DNA from: a virus
Taxonomy: Duplodnaviria; Caudoviricetes
Virus record (IMG/VR): IMGVR_UViG_3300046328_000416
Location: 1 to 24,874 of that record
Length of the DNA: 24,874 bases
Reading direction: 5' to 3' (one strand)
Shown: piece after piece, positions 9,460 through 16,956 of the stretch
Layout: each line of letters opens with the position of its first letter
Position numbering within the stretch: the first letter of the stretch is position 1
The notes under the pieces: generated by a model
What the model was told of the DNA's origin: nothing
Database searches by the model: none
Seen by the model: only the letters and a program-made list of their open reading frames with translations
Made by a program: the position numbers and the translations under genes

Positions 9460-9897
9460 ATGGCTGTGCAGGGTTTGGACAAGTTGATGCGCAAAATGGC
9501 GCTGATCCCCAGTAAAGTGCTGCAAGAAGTGCGCTATTCAATGGAGCGATCGGCAACGGAAATGACCGATATGATGCGGCGTCTGGTGCCGGTTGAACAC
9601 GGAGTTCTGCGCGATTCCATTGGGTGGACCTGGGGCGATGCGCCCAAGGGTTCGATGGTGATCGGGCAGGTCAAAAGCGGCAAAAACAAGGGCGATGCGG
9701 TGGGGCGGATGACCATCACCATTTATGCCGGGGGCAAGAGCGGCCGGGGCACAGATGCCTATTACGCTTGGTGGCAAGAGGTGGGCACAGTGAACATGGC
9801 GGCAAACCCGTTCTTTTTCCCCAGCTACCGCGCGCTGCGCAGCAAAGCCAAAGGCGGGATTACGCGCGCCGTCAAAAAGGGCATGAAGGCATCATGA
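9460..9897 (+). CDS. HK97 gp10-family tail-completion protein
   Basis: VQGLDKL, LVPVEHGVLRDSI, YAWWQEVGTVNMAANPFFFP. Confidence 0.9.
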   Translation: MAVQGLDKLMRKMALIPSKVLQEVRYSMERSATEMTDMMRRLVPVEHGVLRDSIGWTWGDAPKGSMVIGQVKSGKNKGDAVGRMTITIYAGGKSGRGTDAYYAWWQEVGTVNMAANPFFFPSYRALRSKAKGGITRAVKKGMKAS

Positions 9898-10076
9898 AGG
9901 CGATCTTTTCCCAAGTGTTTCACTGGTCGCGCCCCCAAAGCCCGGTCGGATTTGCCGCATTTCCATCGCCCGCGGTACAGACCTTTCCGCATGATTTTAT
10001 TGAGGCGGCAATTGCGGCGGGTGCTGCGGTTGCCGCGCCAGATCGCAAAGCAGTTGCGAAAGATGACAAAGCCTAA
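9894..10076 (+). CDS. Small hypothetical protein (60 aa)
   Basis: ATGA overlap with the gp10-like stop. MKAIFSQVFHWSRP...IEAAIAAGAA; this is the C-terminal part of track ORF 9624-10076. Confidence 0.65.
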   Translation: MKAIFSQVFHWSRPQSPVGFAAFPSPAVQTFPHDFIEAAIAAGAAVAAPDRKAVAKDDKA

Positions 10077-10084
10077 CCCCTGAA

Positions 10085-10130
10085 CATCGGCCACTTGGCC
10101 GGATGACATGACCGCGCTTGCGGTCCTTTT
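10085..10130 (+). terminator. Twin hairpins upstream of the tail tube gene, the second terminator-like
   Basis: CGGCC-ACTT-GGCCG (10088-10101) and GACCGC-GCTT-GCGGTC (10110-10125) followed by CTTTT. Confidence 0.5.
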
Positions 10131-10147
10131 GACATGGAGAAACCAAG

Positions 10148-10591
10148 ATGGCTGTAGCGATCACCGAAAGCTTTGCAGAAATGGTGTTGGAGGTGGAAAC
10201 CACCACGCCCGGTGTTTACACCAAATTGTGCGGCATGATTGATGTCGAGGTATCGCGCAAGGCCAGCGTCGACACCAGTGAGGTGCCCGATTGCGCCGAT
10301 GAAACCTTGCCTTTGGCCATCGCGCGTGAAGTGCGCAGCGTTGAGGTCACGCTTTCGGCGTCGGGGGTTTGGGCGCAATCGTCCAACAAGATCATGTCGG
10401 ATTGGTTCTATTCCAGTGCCGCGAAAAACGTTCGGGTGCGCAACACCAAGGCATCGGTGGGCGACCCTGAAACCGAATATGGCCCGGCACTGCTGACCAT
10501 GTTGAAGGATGATCGCAAAAAAGGGTCCAAGGTTGGGCGCGAAATTGCCATCGAATTTGATGGTGTGCCGTTGCGGTCGAACAAGGTTTGA
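10148..10591 (+). CDS. Major tail (tube) protein
   Basis: 147 aa with RBS GGAG. YTKLCG, VDTSEVPDCADE, SASGVWA, IEFDG. Lies before the chaperone and tape measure genes. Confidence 0.9.
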   Translation: MAVAITESFAEMVLEVETTTPGVYTKLCGMIDVEVSRKASVDTSEVPDCADETLPLAIAREVRSVEVTLSASGVWAQSSNKIMSDWFYSSAAKNVRVRNTKASVGDPETEYGPALLTMLKDDRKKGSKVGREIAIEFDGVPLRSNKV

Positions 10592-10593
10592 TC

Positions 10594-11013
10594 ATGGCTG
10601 GCAAGGTCAAACTTGATTGGGTTGGCGGCGCGCATCAATTTGCCCTTGATCTGGGTGGATTGCGCGCGCTGCAGGATGCCTGCAACGCGGGCCCGCAAGA
10701 GGTGTTGATGCGTCTGATCAATCAGACCTGGCGCGTTGACGATCTGGTTGAGGTCGTCAGCCAAGGTCTGATCGGCGGCGGCATGGGGCGCAGCGATGCA
10801 ATGGCCCATGTTCTGCGGATGATTGATTTGCATGGCCTGCTGAAACTGGTGTCTGTCGCCACGTTTGTTCTTACATCGGCTTTGGTCGGAGAGGCTGATG
10901 ATCCGGTGGGGGAGCAAGCGGGGGTGGCGGTGCCCCCGGTAAATGGAAATTCAGCGCCATCTACGGATCCGGGGCCGCAGCCGGATTCACTCCCCGCGAC
11001 ATTGACCGAATGA
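10594..11013 (+). CDS. Tail assembly chaperone, GTA gp10-like (lambda gpG analogue)
   Basis: WVGGAHQFALDLGGLRALQDACNAGP, WRVDDLVEVVSQGLIGGGM. Lies between the tube and tape measure genes. Confidence 0.85.
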   Translation: MAGKVKLDWVGGAHQFALDLGGLRALQDACNAGPQEVLMRLINQTWRVDDLVEVVSQGLIGGGMGRSDAMAHVLRMIDLHGLLKLVSVATFVLTSALVGEADDPVGEQAGVAVPPVNGNSAPSTDPGPQPDSLPATLTE

Positions 11014-11159
11014 CTGTGTGGGAATTTGCCGCAGTGATGGAGGGGTTCCGTAAATTCAACGGTGTCCAGCCTGCAAAGCCTGCGTCGGAATCCCACGTTA
11101 CCGAAAAAAATGCTCATGACTGGGCAGCATCACTAGGCATAGAAGGGTTTGACGCATGA
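10908..11159 (+). CDS. -1 frameshift extension of the tail chaperone (gpGT analogue)
   Basis: The -1 frame opens just before GGGGGAG (10908-10914) and reads ...KWKFSAIYGSGAAAGFTPRDIDRMTVWEFAAVMEGF...GIEGFDA to TGA at 11157-11159, which overlaps the tape measure ATG. Confidence 0.75.
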   Translation, partial: GGASGGGGAPGKWKFSAIYGSGAAAGFTPRDIDRMTVWEFAAVMEGFRKFNGVQPAKPASESHVTEKNAHDWAASLGIEGFDA

Positions 11160-13267
11160 GTGACGAAAGCAAACTCATCGTCAGGCTTGAGGCGCAGACG
11201 GCGCAACTGACCAAGGCCATGGCCGGGGCGTCTGCGACGGTCAAGCAACGGATGCGCGAAATTGACGACCAGCTGGTCAAGTCAAACCGCAAGGTTTCGG
11301 ACGGACTGGTGCGGTCTGCGCGCAGCTATTCCGAAGGCGCGCGCAGTATGAGCACCTTTGGCCGGTCGGTGCAAAACACGTCATATCAGATTGGTGACTT
11401 TGCCGTGCAGGTCGCGGGCGGCACGTCTGCATCCCGCGCCATGGCACAGCAGTTGCCCCAATTGCTGGGTGGGTTCGGGGTGTTTGGTGCGGTTGCGGGT
11501 GCGGCGGCAGCAATTCTTTTGCCGCTGGCGGCGAATCTGTTCGATGCGGTAGAACCGGCGCAGGCGTTGAGAACAGCCATCACTGAATTGAATGAAGCGA
11601 TGAGCGCGCTGCGCAGCGCGGACACGGAGGCGAATGCCCCGACAGAGGATTTGGTTGCGCAGTACGGTGCGCAGGCGGAACAAGCCAAACGGGTTTTGGA
11701 TATCAAACGCGAGATTGCTGTTTTGGAAGCAGGAAGCGCGCTTGGCAAAGCGCAAGGCGCATCTGCGGCAGCGTTCGGTGCCGCAAAGGAACTGAAAGGC
11801 TTTTCCGTTGAAAAGCTAAAAGAATACCATGCGGCAGTTTCTGCGGCACTTATTGAGCAACAAGCGCTAGTAGTGGCAAACGAAAATTTCGGCACTATCA
11901 CATCACAGGCTGATGAAGATGCCCTCAACAGATTGCGTGAGCGCGGCATCGCAAATGAAAATGCGATTTGGCAACTTAACGAATACAGGGTGGCAATCGC
12001 AGAAATCACCACGGCCTATGGCCTGACCGAAGAGGCGGCAATGGGTCTTGCTGTCGCTGCCGCAGAAGTGCGCGATGCGGACACCACAGAAGAGCGCAGC
12101 GCGGCCACGCGGGCGCTGGCGGAATACATTTATCAAGCGACAGATGGTTTGAAAGAAGCATCAACTGAGACGCGCACCCTGTATGATCAGCTGTTGGACG
12201 CGGTAAAAGCCGGGTTGGATTTGTCAGCTATGAATATCGCAGGACCAATTAGCTTTGCGGCGGGCGAGGCAGCGCGCCTTGCAACAAACTTGCGCGCGGC
12301 ATCGCTCAACTATGGCAAAATTCAGAACCGTGGCGAAAGCGGGCCGGATGGTGCGCAACGTGCAGCCGTCGACGCGATGCCAAATGTAACTGGCACGTTG
12401 GCATCTGGGGCAGCTGGTGCGCGCACGACTATTGCCAACAGCGGTACTGGCGGTGGCGGTGGTGCGACAAAGGAGTCGCTGTTTTCCGCCAACGACAAGA
12501 AAATTCAGCAAATTCAGCGAGAAATCGCCATGTTGGGGCAGTCAGCGCAAGTTGTTGCGTCGTTGCAGGCGAAGTGGGAATTGCTGGACCGTGCCAAAAA
12601 GGACGGTGCTGATCTGGACGCTGTGCAAGCTGGCACAGGGCGGACCTTGCGCGCCGAAATTGATTTACAGTCAGAGGCTGTTGGTCGGCTGACCGCAGAA
12701 ATGGCGGCGCAAAAGATCAACCGCGATGCGTTTGAAAAGGGCATTGACGGCGTGGCCAGTGCGATGTCGCAAGCGTTGTTGAACGGTGAAAGCCTGCGGG
12801 CCGGATTGGCCGAGGTGTTCAAAGGGATTGCGATGGATTTGATGAAGTCCGGCATTCGCCAAGGCTTGATGGGGTTGGTGGGTGGTCTTGGCAGTGGCGG
12901 CGGTTTGGGCGGCGGGGCAAAGCGCGGTGGCGGTTTGGGTGGCCTGTTAAGCGGTTTGCTGGGTGGCCTGCCATCCTTTGATGGTGGTGGCAGCACTGGC
13001 ACAGGGGCGCGGTCGGGCGGCGTTGATGGCAAGGGCGGTTTTCCGGCGATCCTTCATCCGGGCGAAGATGTTTGGGACAGAACCAAGAGCGGATTTGCGG
13101 GCACCGGCGGCGGTGCGCAGCGCGTTGAGGTTGAGGTGTTTGTGCGCAACAATGAAATCGGCGCCATCGCCCGAGAGGCTGGCATGCGCGGCGGGCAAAT
13201 GGCTGCCAACGCGGTGCGCAATGAAATCCCGTCAATCATGGACAATCATCAAAAGAGGCGCGGGTGA
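11156..13267 (+). CDS. Tail tape measure protein
   Basis: 703 aa, helical and Ala-rich. QIGDFAVQVAGGTS...AQQLPQLLG near the N-terminus and Gly-rich C-terminus with FDGGGSTG...GGVDGKGGFPAILHPGE. Confidence 0.92.
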   Translation: MSDESKLIVRLEAQTAQLTKAMAGASATVKQRMREIDDQLVKSNRKVSDGLVRSARSYSEGARSMSTFGRSVQNTSYQIGDFAVQVAGGTSASRAMAQQLPQLLGGFGVFGAVAGAAAAILLPLAANLFDAVEPAQALRTAITELNEAMSALRSADTEANAPTEDLVAQYGAQAEQAKRVLDIKREIAVLEAGSALGKAQGASAAAFGAAKELKGFSVEKLKEYHAAVSAALIEQQALVVANENFGTITSQADEDALNRLRERGIANENAIWQLNEYRVAIAEITTAYGLTEEAAMGLAVAAAEVRDADTTEERSAATRALAEYIYQATDGLKEASTETRTLYDQLLDAVKAGLDLSAMNIAGPISFAAGEAARLATNLRAASLNYGKIQNRGESGPDGAQRAAVDAMPNVTGTLASGAAGARTTIANSGTGGGGGATKESLFSANDKKIQQIQREIAMLGQSAQVVASLQAKWELLDRAKKDGADLDAVQAGTGRTLRAEIDLQSEAVGRLTAEMAAQKINRDAFEKGIDGVASAMSQALLNGESLRAGLAEVFKGIAMDLMKSGIRQGLMGLVGGLGSGGGLGGGAKRGGGLGGLLSGLLGGLPSFDGGGSTGTGARSGGVDGKGGFPAILHPGEDVWDRTKSGFAGTGGGAQRVEVEVFVRNNEIGAIAREAGMRGGQMAANAVRNEIPSIMDNHQKRRG

Positions 13268-13938
13268 TGCGGGTTTTGTTTCCCCACCAGTTGATCCAGC
13301 AAGGGGCCACGTTCACGGTGACGGGCCAGTCAAAGACGCCGCAGCAAAGTGTGGGCGGCGCGATGACCGTGATCGCGGCCATGGGCGCGCGCTGGACAGC
13401 GCAGGCCACATTCCTGATCAAGGGCGAGGCCGCGCATCTGGCGTATATGGCCTTTCTGGCGGGATTGGAGGGGCAGTTGGGCACAACCCTGTTGCCCTGT
13501 CTTGCGCGGTATCGCCCTGTTGACCGCGACGGCCATTTCGTCAATCGCAACACGGTGGGCGGCATCGCAAATGCGCAGACCTGGCAACACTTTGGTCTGA
13601 CCAATGCGCCGTCTTTGACCATGACCTTGGTTGCGGATGCCGCCCTGCGCGCCACACAAATCAAAGTGGCTGTTGACAATACAACAGGGCTGCGCCCGGG
13701 TCAGCGGTTTTCCATCGGTGAACGCTTGCACGAGGTGCAGTTGATGTGGGTGGATGGTCTTGGGGCGACAGTGCTGCAAATTCAGCCCCCCTTGCGGGTG
13801 GCCGCATTGGCTGGTGCGCAGCTGGTGTTGAATGCGCCCGTTTGCGTGATGCGCCGATCATCCGAAGATGACGGGACGTATGATCAATCCTTGGACCGCA
13901 TGCAAAGCGTGACCCATAGTTTTGTCGAGGCTGTTTGA
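13264..13938 (+). CDS. Putative distal tail protein
   Basis: 224 aa immediately after the tape measure gene (GTGA overlap). Contains LRPGQRFSIGERLHEV and IQPPLR. Assignment mainly by synteny. Confidence 0.65.
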   Translation: MMRVLFPHQLIQQGATFTVTGQSKTPQQSVGGAMTVIAAMGARWTAQATFLIKGEAAHLAYMAFLAGLEGQLGTTLLPCLARYRPVDRDGHFVNRNTVGGIANAQTWQHFGLTNAPSLTMTLVADAALRATQIKVAVDNTTGLRPGQRFSIGERLHEVQLMWVDGLGATVLQIQPPLRVAALAGAQLVLNAPVCVMRRSSEDDGTYDQSLDRMQSVTHSFVEAV

Positions 13939-14525
13939 TGACCGCACGTGATGATCTGTTGGCCATTCCAGACGAAATGCTCCGCAACGGCAGCATCGCC
14001 GAGGCCGTGTTGTGCTGGATGGATTTTGCCACCGGGGCCAAGCGCTGGTGGGCGGGGTTTGGCGATCTGGATCATGCGGGGTTTGTCTGGCAGGGCACAG
14101 GCGACACCATCGGTATCAGCGATTTGAACACCGACTATCAAATGAGTGCCGATCCGGTCACCTTTGATTTGGCCGCAACACCAGAAATGATCACGCTGGC
14201 GCAGACCAGCACATCGGCGGTGCGCGGGCGTGCAGTCATTGTCTATTCACAGTTGTTTTCGGCAACGGGCAGTCAAAGCGTGGGTCCATGGCAACCCATA
14301 GGATCGCCGTTTTCATTGTTTTCGGGCACAATGGGTCAAATGAACTATTCGGCCGAAGGGCCTGCAAACAGCAGGATCAGGTTGCAATGCGAGGGGCTGT
14401 GGGTGCGCAGAAACGCCCCGCCACGCGGATTGTTGACCGACCGCGACCAACAGGCGCGATTTGCTGGCGACAAGGGTTGTGAGCGCATGGCGATTTACAC
14501 CAATTATGAGCCGCGTTGGGTATGA
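13935..14525 (+). CDS. Putative tail-tip hub protein
   Basis: MDFATGAKRWWAGFGDL...WQGTG, TDRDQQARFAGDKG. Position in the tail-tip cluster. Start is 13935 (TTG) or 13938 (ATG). Confidence 0.65.
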   Translation: MMTARDDLLAIPDEMLRNGSIAEAVLCWMDFATGAKRWWAGFGDLDHAGFVWQGTGDTIGISDLNTDYQMSADPVTFDLAATPEMITLAQTSTSAVRGRAVIVYSQLFSATGSQSVGPWQPIGSPFSLFSGTMGQMNYSAEGPANSRIRLQCEGLWVRRNAPPRGLLTDRDQQARFAGDKGCERMAIYTNYEPRWV

Positions 14526-14908
14526 GGCCTGCTACTTGTGACGATATTCCCCGCATCACCGATATGGTTGAGCGACTGCAAGCGGCTGCGCAGATCCCGC
14601 AAGTCCCTGACCGCGCCCATACCCAAGCCAGCCTTGCGCGGCTGATCTTGCGCGACGATGCGATTGTCCTGGTCACAGACGCCGGGTTTATCGCGGGGTC
14701 GATTGAATACACGGTGATCAGCCCGGAGCCGATTGCAGTTGAACACGGCTGGTTTGCGGATGACCGCAGCGGCCTGCGCCTGTTGCGCGCCTTTGAGGCG
14801 TGGGCGGCGGCGCGGGGTGCCCGTGTGCGACTGTCCACTGGCGTGGCTGTCGGGCCTGACCTGGCGCGGCTGGGATATCGGCCTGTTGAAGTGGCGTGGG
14901 TGAAGTAA
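14522..14908 (+). CDS. GNAT-fold N-acetyltransferase-like protein
   Basis: MRPATCDDIPRI N-terminus, GLRLLRAFEAWAAARGA helix and LARLGYRP C-terminal motif. Coupled to both neighbours by ATGA and TAATG overlaps. Confidence 0.75.
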   Translation: MRPATCDDIPRITDMVERLQAAAQIPQVPDRAHTQASLARLILRDDAIVLVTDAGFIAGSIEYTVISPEPIAVEHGWFADDRSGLRLLRAFEAWAAARGARVRLSTGVAVGPDLARLGYRPVEVAWVK

Positions 14909-16935
14909 TGGCAGTCTTTTCGTTTATCATCGCCAGTTTGGGTGCTGCTGGGTTTACTGGGGCGGTGACAATCTTTGGTCTTTCGCCGCTGTTGTCAGCG
15001 GGCATCATTGCTGTTGGCAAATCGGTTTTGTGGAATGCTGTGGCCAAGGCGTTGCAGCCAAGTGCGCCGCGTGAGCAAGTGCAGGCGATGATTTCGCAAG
15101 CAGCTGGTCCGCGCATTCGCGGTTATGGCAAATATTTGTTGGGGGGCACGCGCGCGCTGTGGGAAGCTACGGGCGGCGTGTTGCATCAGGTCGTGATTTT
15201 CCATCACGGCGAGGTGTCGTCCATCGTCAGCTATGATGTCGACGGTGAGACGATTACCTTGGACGGAGCCGGTGCCGCGACATCTGGCCCGGCTGTTGGG
15301 TATCTGCAAATCAATGCCATCATCACCGGCGACGGTGGCAACCATGCCCCGGCGCTGGCGGCATTTCCGGTACTGTGGACGGCTGCGCACAAACTGACCG
15401 GGCTTGCGACCTATTACATTCGGATGACGGCACCGCCTTTGTCGCAAATGTCCAAGGTCTATCCGCGCCAAGCGCAAACGACAATTTCGGCGGTGGCAAA
15501 CCTTTCCAAGGTGCTGGACCCGCGCACCAGCATCACTGCATTTTCTGAACTGACCGGGCCATGCGCCTTGGATTTTCTGACGCATCCCGATGGCTACCGC
15601 ATCCCATTGGCGCAGATTGATCTGCCAAGTTTCTCTGCGTTTACCAATGTTTGCGATCAAGACCTGGCACTCAAGGCTGGTGGCACAGAAAAGCGGTATC
15701 GGGTGGGTGGGTACTATTCACTGGAAGATGCGCCCAAAGACACGTTGACCCGGATTTTGGCCACGGCTGATGCGCAATGCTATATGACCGCAGACGGCAA
15801 AGCAGGCGTGCTTGGGGGCAGTTGGTTGGCCCCTGATGTGACCATAGGCGCGGCTGACATTCTGGCCATCAGCCTGTCTGATGGGTTCGATGAGTTCAAG
15901 ACGTTCAACGTGCTGAAAGGCAAGTTCACATCGCCCGCGCATAGGTTTCAAGAAACCGAATGCGATGAGATGGTGGACAGCGTGGCCCTGTTGACCCAAG
16001 CCGAACGGGTTGAAACGATGGAGGTCGATATGTGTCCATCGGCTGCGCAGATGCGCAGGCTGATGAAGTCATTTGCCGAACGCAATGGCCGGGTTTGGCG
16101 GGGCACGATCAAGACCAATCTGGTGGGGATGAAAGCACGCTTTCCGCGCGGCGTCACACGCCACACCATCAATGTGGTTTACCCGGACATGGGGATAAAT
16201 GGCGAGTTTGAAGTTGTGTCGCATCAATACTCTGTCGGTGAAAAAACCTGCGTGATTGGCATCGAAAGTTTCACCAACCCCTACGGTTGGAACGCCGCAA
16301 CTGAAGAGGGCAACGCGCCCCCACCGTTGGCCGGGTTGGTTGCCGCCCCAGCGAGTACGCCAGTGCCATCCGGTCTGACCCTATCACAAGACGTGGGGAC
16401 GCTGAGTGCCAGCCAAAACGCCGCAAGGCTGGTCGCGCTGGTCAGCAATCCGGGCCGGGCCGATCTGCAGTTGCGCGCGGAATACAAAAAAACCGCCGAT
16501 TCGGTTTGGCAGCCGATGATAGCGGGCGTCGGCGATTTGCGCGCCTATTCGGCGTTTGTTGCAGACGGCGTGTCATATCAGGTCCGCGCGGCATGGCTGG
16601 GATATGATGTGTTTGGGTCAACTGTTTCGATCACGGCGGTTTCCAACCCTGTTGCACCTGCGGTGCCCACGTCATTCGCAAGCAGTCTTTCAGCCGGCAT
16701 CGTCACCCTGACATGGATAAACGGCGATGCGGGCTATTTCCGCACCCGCGTTTATAGGTCGGCGACGGTTGATTTCAACGATGCGTCCCTGATTGCCACA
16801 GTGACCGGGGTAGCGCTGCAATCATCCAGCCTTTCCAATTCGCCGGGTGCGGGCACGTGGCGATACTGGGTTGTGACCATCAACCCATCAAGCGTGGAAT
16901 CCGCCCCTGTTGGACCGCAGACCCAGACCGTTTAA
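14908..16935 (+). CDS. Tail tip / central fibre protein (gpJ-like) with C-terminal FN3-like domains
   Basis: 675 aa. PRIRGYG, KVLDPR, CALDFLTHPDG, C-terminal VTLTW...TRVYRS...YWVVTINPSSVES. Confidence 0.8.
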   Translation: MAVFSFIIASLGAAGFTGAVTIFGLSPLLSAGIIAVGKSVLWNAVAKALQPSAPREQVQAMISQAAGPRIRGYGKYLLGGTRALWEATGGVLHQVVIFHHGEVSSIVSYDVDGETITLDGAGAATSGPAVGYLQINAIITGDGGNHAPALAAFPVLWTAAHKLTGLATYYIRMTAPPLSQMSKVYPRQAQTTISAVANLSKVLDPRTSITAFSELTGPCALDFLTHPDGYRIPLAQIDLPSFSAFTNVCDQDLALKAGGTEKRYRVGGYYSLEDAPKDTLTRILATADAQCYMTADGKAGVLGGSWLAPDVTIGAADILAISLSDGFDEFKTFNVLKGKFTSPAHRFQETECDEMVDSVALLTQAERVETMEVDMCPSAAQMRRLMKSFAERNGRVWRGTIKTNLVGMKARFPRGVTRHTINVVYPDMGINGEFEVVSHQYSVGEKTCVIGIESFTNPYGWNAATEEGNAPPPLAGLVAAPASTPVPSGLTLSQDVGTLSASQNAARLVALVSNPGRADLQLRAEYKKTADSVWQPMIAGVGDLRAYSAFVADGVSYQVRAAWLGYDVFGSTVSITAVSNPVAPAVPTSFASSLSAGIVTLTWINGDAGYFRTRVYRSATVDFNDASLIATVTGVALQSSSLSNSPGAGTWRYWVVTINPSSVESAPVGPQTQTV

Positions 16936-16956
16936 TCAATATTCTTGGAGACTGAT

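Noticed and set aside
12860-13040. Gly-rich GGC/GGT repeats as a separate element
   Set aside because: Ordinary low-complexity segment of the tape measure C-terminus.
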